Source of the DNA: a virus
Taxonomy: Duplodnaviria; Caudoviricetes
Reading direction: 5' to 3' (one strand)
DNA length: 57,039 nucleotides
Virus record (IMG/VR): IMGVR_UViG_3300037882_003134
Coordinates: 1 to 57,039 of that record
The position numbers were made by a program, and so were the translations under genes. Every line of letters begins with the position of its first letter. Position 1 is the stretch's first letter. The notes beneath the pieces are model-generated. The model searched no databases and was not told where the DNA came from. It saw nothing but the letters and a program-made list of their open reading frames with translations. This document shows, one piece after another, positions 35,835 to 46,392 of this stretch.

Positions 35835-36445
35835 GCGGAGAGCATAGAACCGACCACGATCATCGTCATCCCGAAGAGCACGACCGCGAAAATGAATTCC
35901 CTCGCACACCGCCTGCGATGGGATTCTTTCGTGGCAACCGCTAGGTCTTCTAACTCCTTCACGCGATTCGTCAGCGCAGCCCGCTCCTTGTAGTCTTCAA
36001 GATCGTGCTTGCTGATCCTATCCTCGATGGCTTTGCAGCGCTCTCGCTGATATGCGTCCATCAGGTCGCAGGCGATCCGCTCTAAAGTCCTTTCTCGATT
36101 GCCCTCGTCGTCTGTGATCTGCACTTCCAAATGCTTGCCGCGTTGGTGGAGTGCCCACTCCTCGCATAGCTTCTCCTTCTCGCTACGGGAGAGGGGCTTG
36201 GGGAAGAGTGTTGGCGTTGCGCGAAACTCAATGCGTCCTCCGGCATTCAATTCTCCGGCAGGGATCGTGTACTCATGCGGAAACTGCTTCATCCACCTCC
36301 GAATCGTCCTTGAATCAACTCCGATGCGTTGGCATGCGGCGTGATCGCTTTCTCCTTCATCACGGAGCTTGCGATAGGAGGCGAGCTTGTTCTTCTTCTG
36401 TTCTTCGGTGTAGCGGCCTGTGGTGGGTTTGCGTGAGCGGGTCAC
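35831..36445 (-). CDS. HTH protein with C-terminal TM
   Basis: ACQRIGVDSRTIRRW; hydrophobic C-terminus. Confidence 0.65.
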   Translation of the reverse strand: MTRSRKPTTGRYTEEQKKNKLASYRKLRDEGESDHAACQRIGVDSRTIRRWMKQFPHEYTIPAGELNAGGRIEFRATPTLFPKPLSRSEKEKLCEEWALHQRGKHLEVQITDDEGNRERTLERIACDLMDAYQRERCKAIEDRISKHDLEDYKERAALTNRVKELEDLAVATKESHRRRCAREFIFAVVLFGMTMIVVGSMLSA

Positions 36446-37049
36446 AGGTGGTAATGGGAAGAAGGATAAAGCCTATTGCACACTTCCGTGGCTATATGAG
36501 CACCGCTTCCTGCCATCTTCCACAAGCAGTCACGCCTATTGCTGTCTGTTCGCCACCGAGTCCAAACCGGAGCAGTAACAACAAACCAGATGAACGCCCA
36601 GCATAAAAGCATGAACACCATTAGCTTGTAGAAATCTGCGTAGCGGTCACTCATTCGTAGAGGGGGAATCAATTACAGCTCGTGTCTCTGGGGAGAGGGC
36701 AGGAAGACAATCGTAGCAATCTTCTCTTCTGCAAATTCCATTTTCACAATGCCTACACAGGAACCCCTTCAGCTTTCCACCATTACAAACGCAGCATTCG
36801 CAGTTATCGCGGTTTGCCTTTGCTGGTGATGGTGAGGGGGTCATAGGCCAAAAAAGGAGAGAAGAGAATGACGCACGGATTCCCGTGGAACCTTTAGTGA
36901 CCTTAGTTCTTCCATTGTCACTTCCAGAAGAGATTGCGACTCTTCGGCCTGTTTCTTGAAAGTCATTGCAAGATTGTAAAGACAATCAATCTGCTCCCCG
37001 TGGGACATTTCACTGAATTTCTTGCCATCCGATGATGCAGAGCGAGGGG

Positions 37050-37247
37050 TCATAGGCAGCCGTGGTAAGGGCAATTACAAAGCTCTTCGCATTTCGCAAC
37101 GTCGCCAAAGATTTCTGGGCAACGCATTGTGCATCTCCAGTCCGGCCAACAGGCTTCGGGATATTCATACTCGGGATATTCATACTTCGGTTGTGCAGAG
37201 CACCCCGCCAGCGTAAGAGCCAAGAGGATGGAGAGGAGGCGGGTCAT
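37050..37247 (-). CDS. Small Cys-rich lipoprotein
   Basis: Signal peptide with LAGC lipobox. Confidence 0.6.
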   Translation of the reverse strand: MTRLLSILLALTLAGCSAQPKYEYPEYEYPEACWPDWRCTMRCPEIFGDVAKCEELCNCPYHGCL

Positions 37248-37951
37248 TTCTTCAAGAGATAAATAGCGCACAAAGCCCACAAGCACATGCCGATGGCGAT
37301 AGCGAGGGGACTCATGCGGGGAGAGCGGAGAATACTGCTGGAAGTGAAATGGCAGCGATCACCAGAGCGATTCCCAGGAGCCGCCAGAAGTCTTCGGTTG
37401 GCATCAGTCGCGAGAAAGAACATCAGCGTACTGCCGACCAAGGGCAAGCAGCTTCCGGAAGTACTTCCAGCGCGAGCGCGGGGCATCGATACGACGAGAG
37501 GGAAAGCCGGCAGCTTTCGCGTCGCGCTCGAATTCTTCGAGGATCTCCGGTGGCATGAGAGTGAGCATATTCGTGCTCATGTTTCCACTTCCATCGTCGG
37601 AAGTAAAGGCATTCCCCGGAATATCACGTTGACGGCGTTCGCAGAATCCGGAGAAGCATCGCCCGAAGCTCCGCGGTGATCTCGCCCCGCGCCTCTCGCT
37701 CCTGCAGCATCTCTTCAGCGATCTGCTTCATCGATTCTTTGTCCGGCCCTTCCGGCATGCGTGCCAGGTTGCGGCATTGGTGGACGAGGGCGTCAGGATT
37801 CTCCATTCGGTTGAACATCGGGAGCGGCGATCGGGAGCTTGCCAGTTCCTTGGCAGAAGTCGCAGGTCAGCTTGCTCTTCTTTGGACCTGGCACCCAGCC
37901 GAGGCCGTCGCACGATGGGCATTCATCGAAAACTAGATTCACGGTCCCACT

Positions 37952-38638
37952 CTACGGCGAACCCTGATCCAAAGGAAAGTTCAAGTAGGCGAATGGTCCG
38001 TGCAGCCGACGAGCTGCTTCGTCGTAGGCTCGGGCAGCGTCTTCCTCCGTTGCAAAGTAGCCTAGATTCTTAATCCGATAGTCGCACATTATCGACGCAG
38101 CCCACGGCTTCCGTAATTCAAAGTCGCGGCGAACGAACTTCACGCCCTTGTAGCGGGATGATGTACGTGACTTATCGAATACCTGGTTTCGCTTGTTCTG
38201 AGCTCTGGTGCAAATACGGAGGTTTTCCTTTCGATTGTCCCACGGGCAACGATTTACGTGGTCAGTTTCAAATCCAAGCGGAGTGTCCATCACCACTCGA
38301 TGCATGAATATCATTCGATCCTCTGGCTTGCAGACCACGTGCCCAGAATGAGCGAAGTACCAATTGAACTGAATCAATCGATCGTAATCGTCACGGTCAA
38401 CGATTGTGTATCCGTTCGGAGCAACCGGGATGTAGCACACACTTCGAACAGGCGGATGAGCGCGAACAAACAAGTCGCGATAGTTGTAGACGCATCCTGT
38501 CTTCGCCTTCCGCTTCGAATGCATGCCACATAGACCGCTCGTCATCGGCAGTCGCGGACATCCTTTCACACGGCAACGCCTGCGGTGTACGGATGCTGCA
38601 GAGCCCATCAGCGCAATGTCTTGTGATAGTGGATGCAC
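37952..38638 (-). CDS. HNH-AP2 homing endonuclease (start uncertain)
   Basis: MHRVVM..DHVN...DNRKENLR; SRYKGV..W.A.I..LGYF. Confidence 0.9.
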   Translation of the reverse strand: MHPLSQDIALMGSAASVHRRRCRVKGCPRLPMTSGLCGMHSKRKAKTGCVYNYRDLFVRAHPPVRSVCYIPVAPNGYTIVDRDDYDRLIQFNWYFAHSGHVVCKPEDRMIFMHRVVMDTPLGFETDHVNRCPWDNRKENLRICTRAQNKRNQVFDKSRTSSRYKGVKFVRRDFELRKPWAASIMCDYRIKNLGYFATEEDAARAYDEAARRLHGPFAYLNFPLDQGSP

Positions 38639-39228
38639 CGTGAGAAGAACTGGCTAGGTGATTCGATGCCCACACCGCGTTTCCAATCCGACCAAGCTTT
38701 GCGGATCGCCCTCGTATCGTTGTTCACTTCCCGCATGAGCTTCTGTAGGTAGGCGCGTGGATTCTCTATCTGCTGTTTGCCGAGGAACGTTACCAACTCA
38801 TTTTCAAACCCGCCGTCGTTTGTTTCTTTCTTTTCTTTCTTCTCTTTTACTTTCATTGTCTGCGGTACCTGCTGCGGTACCTGCTGCGAAGGCCGCTGCG
38901 GTACACCCTGATACTTGGCATAGTTGACCACAAAAAGCCGCTGCGGTACCTGCTGCGATTGGTGCTGCACTAGCCGCTGCACTTGACCACTCTTCTCCCA
39001 GTGTTCTAACCAACGATGGACGGTGCCACGATTCTGCCGCCAACGCTTCGCGAGGAAAGTTTCACTGGCGATTACTTCACCGCGTCGGATCAGCTTCCCT
39101 GCCGTATCCGTGTAGTCGTCCCATGCGACGAGCGTGAGTAGATCAATCCATGCGAGAGATCGGAGCGGGTGCTTCCACTCGTCCTCCGTGATGCCCTTGC
39201 GGTGAAGGAGGATGTAGCCGTTACGCAT
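38608..39228 (-). CDS. Phage replication initiator (lambda O/DnaD-like)
   Basis: [12 protein letters not shown] w[11 protein letters not shown], repetitive linker. Confidence 0.85.
   Translation of the reverse strand: MRNGYILLHRKGITEDEWKHPLRSLAWIDLLTLVAWDDYTDTAGKLIRRGEVIASETFLAKRWRQNRGTVHRWLEHWEKSGQVQRLVQHQSQQVPQRLFVVNYAKYQGVPQRPSQQVPQQVPQTMKVKEKKEKKETNDGGFENELVTFLGKQQIENPRAYLQKLMREVNNDTRAIRKAWSDWKRGVGIESPSQFFSRCIHYHKTLR
38818..38983. repeat. Iteron-like repeats plus AT-rich tract: putative replication origin
   Basis: CTGCGGTAC at 38860, 38872, 38896, 38941; T/C-rich run 38818-38855. Confidence 0.65.
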
Positions 39229-39373
39229 ACCTCGTCTCAGAACGGGAACCAGAGCACGCGCAAAAAGCCATCACGCCCGAGCGCGCGGTAGTTCCCGATC
39301 TAAAACGAAGGGGTGATGGCACGACGCAAAGCTACCTCTGCTCTTACAGAGATGCACTTGCAGCACTGTCAAA

Positions 39374-39736
39374 TTATTGCAGTTTCTTCATCCGATGAAT
39401 CCCAATCGACAGCCTGTCACAAATATCCTCCTCTGCATCGTTGAATAGCTTGTCGTGAGAAAGGCGGTGCTGATCGAGCGGTTCCAGAAGAACGTGCATC
39501 ACCTCATGGAGTAATGCTTCCTCCTGCGCGTCTTGCTCCTGATTCCAAAACTCCGGGAAGATCCCAAGTGTAATTGCTCTGTACGGATACGACGTGCTCA
39601 CTTCGGCCAAAGTTTCATCTTCAACCTGCTTTACTTTCCATTCGTAGCGCACTCGCGCAGGCTGCAATCCGAATCGATCACAGGCATCCTCGAAATACTG
39701 CTGAACGCCGGCTTTGTCTTTCTCAGTGGGCATCAT
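39374..39736 (-). CDS. Zincin-like metallopeptidase domain protein
   Basis: LLHEVMH..L, downstream EE. Confidence 0.7.
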   Translation of the reverse strand: MMPTEKDKAGVQQYFEDACDRFGLQPARVRYEWKVKQVEDETLAEVSTSYPYRAITLGIFPEFWNQEQDAQEEALLHEVMHVLLEPLDQHRLSHDKLFNDAEEDICDRLSIGIHRMKKLQ

Positions 39737-40530
39737 CCAGTGTAGAGAACACCATCGTGGATCGTGGAGTAATTGACGACCTCGTGCGGGATGCAGAAGA
39801 ACAGCCCGGACTTTGCGATATGCAGCTCAAGATAGGCGTGCGACCAATCCGGCTTCGATCCGATGGGCAAGTATTCAACTTTCTCTTTCGTCCGCATACA
39901 CCCCGATTCCCACCAGCCTTGGAGCTTACCGTGCATCGTTTGCTTGAATGAGTTTGCCCTGTGCGTGTGGCCGCTCGTGCCCGATCCAAACGTCAGAAGA
40001 TTGGTTTTGGCCGCATTCTGGCTAGTTTTCACCCCGTGAATGATCGTGAACGTGTCATAGAGAACGTCGATGTCGTTGTAGCTCAGTTCGATATTCCAGC
40101 GGTTGAGCTGGGCTACGTCTTCCAGATAGACGGACTTGCGCTTCCGCATGGTCTTGAGGAGCTGCATCAGGGCGTCCGGTGACGACATGCTCGCCTTGAT
40201 AAATCGAGCGTCATGATTCCCGAGCCGCATCTGGATCTTCGTTTTGTTCCCCACCGCTTTTCGCAGTGGCGCGAAGAGTTCTGTCTGCACATGAAACAGC
40301 TCATCTTCGATCGTGAAGTCGTCGTGATAGTCCCTGTCGAAGTTCCGCTGGCTCTTACGGTCGTGCACGGAGAGCTGCGCGAAATCGAATACGTCCCCGT
40401 TGAGGATTACTCGATCCCACTGCTTCTCTGTCGCGACACTGAGGAAAACTCGCCACGCACGCCTGTCGAGATAACAACCGTGATGGTCGCTGCAGATCAG
40501 GATGCGCTCAAATGCTTCCTTCTTCATCAC
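39733..40530 (-). CDS. Calcineurin-like metallophosphoesterase
   Basis: SDHH, NGDVFD, GNHD, HG, GHTH. Confidence 0.9.
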   Translation of the reverse strand: MMKKEAFERILICSDHHGCYLDRRAWRVFLSVATEKQWDRVILNGDVFDFAQLSVHDRKSQRNFDRDYHDDFTIEDELFHVQTELFAPLRKAVGNKTKIQMRLGNHDARFIKASMSSPDALMQLLKTMRKRKSVYLEDVAQLNRWNIELSYNDIDVLYDTFTIIHGVKTSQNAAKTNLLTFGSGTSGHTHRANSFKQTMHGKLQGWWESGCMRTKEKVEYLPIGSKPDWSHAYLELHIAKSGLFFCIPHEVVNYSTIHDGVLYTG

Positions 40531-40846
40531 GAACGGCGGGGGGAAGGAAAGCCCTGTCGTCTTTTTCGGGATGCGTTCGCATGTACTCCAAAAGGAACAT
40601 GCAATTCACTGCGGCGTGAGCCAGGTGAAAGCATCCACTCTCTTGATCGGTGAGCTCGCCACGGCGGAATGCTTCTATGTGTCGCTGAAGAGAATTGAGG
40701 CACCGGCTCCAATCCATGCCCTTCTGCCAGTTTCCGCGATCGTACTTCTTTGCTCCGTAGGTAAGTACCTGGGAGATGTCTTCCAGCGGACGTGGCGGAA
40801 TGAGATCGTATTCCGGTTTCCCTGCGTCGAATCGCAGTGCGTCCAT
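40508..40846 (-). CDS. dATP/dGTP diphosphohydrolase-like domain (DUF5664)
   Basis: D.GK, YGAKKY...NW.KG, RH, D.ESG..HLAHA. Confidence 0.85.
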   Translation of the reverse strand: MDALRFDAGKPEYDLIPPRPLEDISQVLTYGAKKYDRGNWQKGMDWSRCLNSLQRHIEAFRRGELTDQESGCFHLAHAAVNCMFLLEYMRTHPEKDDRAFLPPAVRDEEGSI

Positions 40847-40896
40847 GCAGGGGTACAGTCTACGGCTCGATCACATTTATTGCGCGGAATCGCCTT

Positions 40897-40935
40897 GCCA
40901 AAAATGCCCCTTCCTTTCGGAAGAGGCTTGTTGGA
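40897..40935 (-). terminator. Intrinsic terminator
   Basis: GCCTCTTCC-GAAA-GGAAGGGGC then ATTTTT on - strand. Confidence 0.7.
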
Positions 40936-40967
40936 GAGGGGCCGAGACTCCTCTCCGTGGTCACCGA

Positions 40968-41399
40968 TCAGTGAACCCGGCCGGTCATCACATGCATGTT
41001 CCGATCGCCCGCGGTCCCGCCGTAAGCTAAGCGGCGGAGAGGCCCGTGGGCCTCCTTCACCGCTTGAAGACGATCAGCGTCGTCGTTGGGCTCGACGCCA
41101 AAGAGCGTTTCGCCCTTGCGCCAGACCTCCGTGCATCCATGTTCAAGGAGGCAGAAGATCCCGACCGCTGGCAACATCTCTGGAGCAAGCATGATCGAAC
41201 CGACATGCGGCTCGTCCTCAGTGCCCCTGTTCCAGGGGTCATCCAGTTCAAGCTGCATCAGGCCGAAGCACTTCTGCAGAATGCCGCGCCCTTTCGCGGT
41301 AACATCGAAGAGCACGCGGTACATTAGCCCACAGGCTTCGCCAGTGAGCGGAACGATTCCGAACCGTTCAAGGTCATTCAGGCATTGAATCGTCTGCAT
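40968..41399 (-). CDS. Hypothetical protein (mobile-element type)
   Basis: AAGGAG SD; own terminator. Confidence 0.6.
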   Translation of the reverse strand: MQTIQCLNDLERFGIVPLTGEACGLMYRVLFDVTAKGRGILQKCFGLMQLELDDPWNRGTEDEPHVGSIMLAPEMLPAVGIFCLLEHGCTEVWRKGETLFGVEPNDDADRLQAVKEAHGPLRRLAYGGTAGDRNMHVMTGRVH

Positions 41400-41587
41400 G
41401 GGAAAACTCCTTTTTGAAAGAACCGTGACCGTGGCGGAGCCTGCCAGACCTCACCGCATAGCGCAACATATGTAGAGACAACGAGTTAGAGCTCCTCTGC
41501 GTTCGTCTGTAGCGTCTTCCTCACGACTTGTGTAGAATCCAGCGATTCGCGTTGTTCAGCAAAAAGTCGTGAAGTGGAGGTAATAGA

Positions 41588-43600
41588 ATGCCCGTTACAC
41601 GTCCGCACCTTCGTCGCGGAAAGAACGGGGGCGCAGCAGCGGCAAAGAATGAGGCGTCGGACTACGACAACCTCAGTCGCGATGACCTGGTGCAGCTCCT
41701 GACGCAGCGCGATAAAGAGGAGGAAGGCGGCCTCCGACTAATGTATACGGGGCAGACGCCCCCCTGGCATATCGTTCGCCGAGTGCGTCCCCGTCGCCAG
41801 AAGATCGAGAAGAAGTTGTCAGTTGGCTCAGAAGAGGATCAATCCTCAAGCATCATCATGGAGGGCGAGAACCTCCAGGCGATGGTCTCACTGTATAAAT
41901 ACCGTGGCCAAGTCGATCTCATCCTGACCGATCCGCCGTACAACACCGGCGGCGACTTCCGCTACAACGACAAGTGGGACGAAGACCCAAACGACCCGGA
42001 TCTTGGCAAGATCGTTCCGGCGGACGATGGATCGCGTCACTGTAAGTGGCTCAAGCTGATGACGCCTCGCGTCTGGATGATGAAGGAGATGCTGAAACCC
42101 GGCGGCGTACTCGCCATCTGCATCGACCAGCGGGAGATGTTCCGCTTGGGCATGATCCTGGACCAAGTCTTCGGCGAGGAAAACCGGATCGCCATCATCA
42201 ATTGGCAAAAGACAACGCCGAAGAACCAAGCCACGCACGTCAGCAATATCACTGAGTACGTGCTCGTGTACGCCAAAGACTTGAACCAAGCGAAGAGCGG
42301 GCTGCTGGAGCGAAAGGAGTCCACCAACCGCCGCTTCAACAATCCCGACAACGACCCTCTTGGCCCTTGGCAGTGGGGTGATCTCACCGGCAAGGACTAC
42401 CAAAAGTCGGCCAGCTATCATGTCCAGTCTCCCTTCACAGGAAAGCTGTACGATCCCGGCCGTCGCCACTGGGCGAACAAAAAGACGCAGATGAAGAAGT
42501 GGCTGGAGGAGTGGGGCATCAAGTACGAAGAGGTGGAGACGGATGCAGACCGCCCTGCTGCACTCGTGGTGAAAGGCTGGTCTCCGAAGAATTCTGACAA
42601 GCAAAACGATAAGGTTATCGCCGCTAGTCGCAAGAAGGCTCTCACCATTCTAGAACGCGGTCAGTGGCCAATCTTGTATTGGGGCCAGGACGGCAATGGC
42701 GGTCCCGCCAAAAAACACCGTTTGGAAGCCGTCAAAGCAGGGCTCGTTCCTTCCACGTTTTGGCTCGAACCCGACGACCACCCCCTACAGCTCGATTCCG
42801 TCTCCTGGCCTTACGAGCAAAGCGGCCGAAGCCGCGATGGGCTGGAAGAACTCGACGAGATCGTTGGAAAGGGCCACGGCTTTGACACGGTGAAACCGCT
42901 GAAACTGTTCACCAAAATCATACAAATTTGGTGCCCTGACGACGGTATCGTTCTCGACCCGTTCGCCGGTTCCGGCACTACCGCCCACGCACTCTTGGAA
43001 CTGAACGCCAAGAATGAAGTAAACCGCCGGTTCGTGCTCATTGAGCAGGGGCGTCCGGAAAATGGTGACAACTTTGCCAGCACTCTTACCCGCGTGCGGG
43101 TAGCGCGAGCTATTTCCGGTGAGCGTGTGAACGATGCGGGGAAGGTAGTCAAAACTGCTGATCCACTACCCGGCGGTTTCCGCTACATCAAGCTTCTGGA
43201 CAAGATCGACGGTGATGCTGTCCTCGCCCTGGAGCGCGAGGAGATGATTGACCTGCTGCTGACCAGCCATTGGGATCAAGCGGAACGATCAGGTTGCCAC
43301 CTGCAGCGCCTCCCAGCCGGGAAACACCAGTACCTCATTGCTATTGGCGGTCGGGGAGAGGGATATTTCCTGGTCTGGAATGGACCCGAAAAGGCCGCCG
43401 TTCTTGATCGTTCGGCATTCAAGGCCATTGTCGAAGAGGCAAAGGCTGCCGACATAAAACAGCCTTACCACGTCTATGCCCGTATCTCCGCTTACGCTGG
43501 GCCGAATATTGAGTTCTACCAGATTCCGCAACGAATCCTGGAGAAGCTCGGGTTCAACGAAGCGACGGAACCGCTTTCTTCGTCGGAAGGTGAAACATGA
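41588..43600 (+). CDS. mod: Type III R-M DNA methyltransferase
   Basis: DPPYNTG motif IV, KP..L, DPFAGSGTT motif I. Confidence 0.92.
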   Translation: MPVTRPHLRRGKNGGAAAAKNEASDYDNLSRDDLVQLLTQRDKEEEGGLRLMYTGQTPPWHIVRRVRPRRQKIEKKLSVGSEEDQSSSIIMEGENLQAMVSLYKYRGQVDLILTDPPYNTGGDFRYNDKWDEDPNDPDLGKIVPADDGSRHCKWLKLMTPRVWMMKEMLKPGGVLAICIDQREMFRLGMILDQVFGEENRIAIINWQKTTPKNQATHVSNITEYVLVYAKDLNQAKSGLLERKESTNRRFNNPDNDPLGPWQWGDLTGKDYQKSASYHVQSPFTGKLYDPGRRHWANKKTQMKKWLEEWGIKYEEVETDADRPAALVVKGWSPKNSDKQNDKVIAASRKKALTILERGQWPILYWGQDGNGGPAKKHRLEAVKAGLVPSTFWLEPDDHPLQLDSVSWPYEQSGRSRDGLEELDEIVGKGHGFDTVKPLKLFTKIIQIWCPDDGIVLDPFAGSGTTAHALLELNAKNEVNRRFVLIEQGRPENGDNFASTLTRVRVARAISGERVNDAGKVVKTADPLPGGFRYIKLLDKIDGDAVLALEREEMIDLLLTSHWDQAERSGCHLQRLPAGKHQYLIAIGGRGEGYFLVWNGPEKAAVLDRSAFKAIVEEAKAADIKQPYHVYARISAYAGPNIEFYQIPQRILEKLGFNEATEPLSSSEGET

Positions 43601-45915
43601 GCAACATCGAACTCTTTCCATTCCAGACCGGCGCTTCAGACAAGATCCTGGAGCGCTTTGTTGAATTGACGGACGACCCTGACCGCCCCATGCAGACGGC
43701 GCGGTGGGCGACACCATACTATCAAGCGCTGGCGGCGCTTACCGGTGCTGGCAAGACGCCGATACTGGCTGACGCCGCATCGCAGCTGCGCGCGGCGATG
43801 TCCGTCGAGCCGATCGTTTTCTGGATTTCCAAGGCCAAAGCGGTAGTCGATCAAACCACTGCCAACTTCGAGAGCGGAGGGAAATACAGTCACCTCATTC
43901 CGGATTTCATCGTCGTCCCGCTGCCTGAACTGCGTGAGGATCACATCCGCGACGGCGACACTCCAATACTGGTGCTCGCCACGGTGGGGTCCTTCAACCA
44001 GAAAAGCAAGGAAGACGGCAGTCTCAAAGTTCACAAGCCAAGCCACGATAAAAACCGTGATGCCCTTTGGCGCGTCCTGCGCGAGCGTCCCAACTCTGAC
44101 GTGGAACGCCGGCCGCTGGTGATCGTATACGACGAGGCGCAAAACCTTTCCGATCAGCAGACGGACCTCCTACTGGAGCTCGAACCCGACGCGTTTCTTG
44201 CCGCAAGCGCCACGATGCGCACCCCAACAAGGCTTGCCAAGCTCATCGAGCGTCTCCGGGACTGCGGTTGGACGGATGAAAGGCTCGTCACCACCGTGAA
44301 GAGCCTTGATGTGGTCAATATGGGCCTGGTGAAACGTCAGCTCATCTTGGGCGGCTATGCCACGGACATGGAGCTCGCTCTCGATGACATGCTCGCCGCG
44401 ATGAAGTCATATGCCAAGAAGGCGAAGCGACTCAACGTCGGGTTCCAGCCGAAGGCGATCTATGTCTGTCGCACCAACATTTCTCAGATCGACGGCACGA
44501 AGGACATTGCGTCGCGCCCCTTCGCGGAGCGCCAGGCTCCTCCCATACTGATTTGGCGGTACTTGGTGGAAAAGCACGGGATCAACCCCGATGATATCGC
44601 CCTCTACTGTGATCTGAAAATGGATCACAAGCACAATCCGCCGCCCGAAGGCTTCCACCTTTTCAACGGCGGCGAGGATGACTTCGCATCATTTAGCGCG
44701 GGCAACTTCCATCACATCATTTTCAATCAGTCCCTCCAGGAGGGCTGGGATGATCCAGAGTGCTGCTTCGCGTATATCGACAAGAGTATGGGGTCCGCTG
44801 TCCAGGTGGAACAGGTGATCGGCCGTGTCCTCCGCCAGCCTGGTGCCCGCCACTACCCAGACGCAGACCTCAACAGCGCTCACTTTTACATTCGCATTGA
44901 CGACAAGCAGGTGTTCCCTCAGATCCTCAAAGCCGTTCGCAAAGAGATCGGCGGCGAGATCCCGGACATCGCCATTTCCGGTTTCACTGATCGAAAAGAC
45001 CGGAACCGAATTCACCTGGAACCGCGACGAGAAGTAACCGTCCCGGAGATCCACATTCTCTGTGACCTCGAACCGATCTATGAAGAGATAGAGAACGTAG
45101 TGGACTACCGCAATGACAATGGCGACAACATCATTGGAAAGGGTGAGCGTTACCGAGCTGTACAGGGAATCGGCGACGGCTCCACTGCCGAGGTCGTGGT
45201 CACCACGATGAAGCACTCCAACCGAGTCACCGCTCGCTGGATTGTTCGCCGCGGAATCCAGTCCCTCTACCCGAGGGCCACCATGAGCATTGATCTCACT
45301 GGCGGGAAGTTCGACGCCCGCGTCGAAGTTACAAGTCGTGCTGCAAACGATCTCAAAGATGCGGCCGAGAAGCTTGTTGACGCCTATCTGCAGCACAGCA
45401 GCTTGGCTTTCGAGGATGAGAACCTGTACACGGTCGGCCCCGTTGTTGTGAACCCTGCAAAGGTTAAGAACTTCACCCACTCAATCCATGAAGGTTATAG
45501 CGATATCAGCAATTCCGAGATGCCTTATGCCGACGCATTGGATTCGCTCGGCCATCCTTGGGCGCGCAATCCGGTCAACGGCGGCTTCGCAATTCCGCTG
45601 CTACAAACCGGCGGCACGTACAACTTTTACCCCGACTTCCTCGTGTGGAAGGACGACGTGATTTTCGCTCTGGACCCCAAGGGCGCTCACCTGCTCGTTG
45701 ACGCTGCCGGTCGCAAGATGCTCGATATACGCGACGAGGATGGAAAGCAAAAGGTAGTCGTCCGCATGTTCACGGAAGGCAAGTGGGAAGAGCCGGGCAA
45801 AAAGAAATCAAATCAGGGAATTACCGTGTGGGTTCTCGCTTCCGGTGGAACTGTCCGTCCGAAGCACTACCCGACAATTGAGCAGGCCGTGGAAGGGGCC
45901 TTGCGTCTACGGTAG
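43597..45915 (+). CDS. res: Type III R-M restriction helicase-nuclease
   Basis: TGAGKT, DEAQ, SAT, EGWD, QVIGRVLR, YPDF..DPKG; ATGA overlap with mod. Confidence 0.88.
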   Translation: MSNIELFPFQTGASDKILERFVELTDDPDRPMQTARWATPYYQALAALTGAGKTPILADAASQLRAAMSVEPIVFWISKAKAVVDQTTANFESGGKYSHLIPDFIVVPLPELREDHIRDGDTPILVLATVGSFNQKSKEDGSLKVHKPSHDKNRDALWRVLRERPNSDVERRPLVIVYDEAQNLSDQQTDLLLELEPDAFLAASATMRTPTRLAKLIERLRDCGWTDERLVTTVKSLDVVNMGLVKRQLILGGYATDMELALDDMLAAMKSYAKKAKRLNVGFQPKAIYVCRTNISQIDGTKDIASRPFAERQAPPILIWRYLVEKHGINPDDIALYCDLKMDHKHNPPPEGFHLFNGGEDDFASFSAGNFHHIIFNQSLQEGWDDPECCFAYIDKSMGSAVQVEQVIGRVLRQPGARHYPDADLNSAHFYIRIDDKQVFPQILKAVRKEIGGEIPDIAISGFTDRKDRNRIHLEPRREVTVPEIHILCDLEPIYEEIENVVDYRNDNGDNIIGKGERYRAVQGIGDGSTAEVVVTTMKHSNRVTARWIVRRGIQSLYPRATMSIDLTGGKFDARVEVTSRAANDLKDAAEKLVDAYLQHSSLAFEDENLYTVGPVVVNPAKVKNFTHSIHEGYSDISNSEMPYADALDSLGHPWARNPVNGGFAIPLLQTGGTYNFYPDFLVWKDDVIFALDPKGAHLLVDAAGRKMLDIRDEDGKQKVVVRMFTEGKWEEPGKKKSNQGITVWVLASGGTVRPKHYPTIEQAVEGALRLR

Positions 45916-45951
45916 TACCGATTTCCTCCCGCTACTGCTATCCTCCGTTCT

Positions 45952-46323
45952 GTGTCGGAGACCGACGTCGTCAGAGGCTGCCTGGATCTTCTGGCGCTTC
46001 GGGGAATCCTCGCTTGGAGGAACAACACAACCGGCGTCTACGATCCCTCGCGGAGAGTCTTCCGCAAATTCTCTGGCCGGAAAGGAGTGAGCGACATTCT
46101 TGCAGTTCTACCAGGCGGTCGGTTCCTCGCAGTGGAGTGCAAGATGCCGGGGAAGAAGCCGTCACCCGAACAGCAGTCGTTTCTCGATGAAGTCACCGAG
46201 CAGGGAGGGGTGGGAATCTGGGTCACGTCGCTAGATGAGCTGCAGCACGATCTGGACTGCATTCTTCACAGCGATCCTTCTGCCAACCAGTCACCCGAGA
46301 GCATGTCGAGCAGAACTTATTGA
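45952..46323 (+). CDS. VRR-NUC domain nuclease
   Basis: GVSDI, AVECK, EQ..FL. Confidence 0.88.
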   Translation: MSETDVVRGCLDLLALRGILAWRNNTTGVYDPSRRVFRKFSGRKGVSDILAVLPGGRFLAVECKMPGKKPSPEQQSFLDEVTEQGGVGIWVTSLDELQHDLDCILHSDPSANQSPESMSSRTY

Positions 46324-46392
46324 TGAACAGCTTGTCGCTCGGCTTGTGCATGATCACCGTTTCGGAAAAGCTGCGTACGGTTACGTGGTGAG

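Noticed and set aside
38860-38983. CRISPR array
   Set aside because: Repeats are 9-12 bp inside a gene with no unique spacers; no cas operon
40508-40846. Z-base (2-aminoadenine) genome system
   Set aside because: No PurZ, DatZ or DNA polymerase recognised
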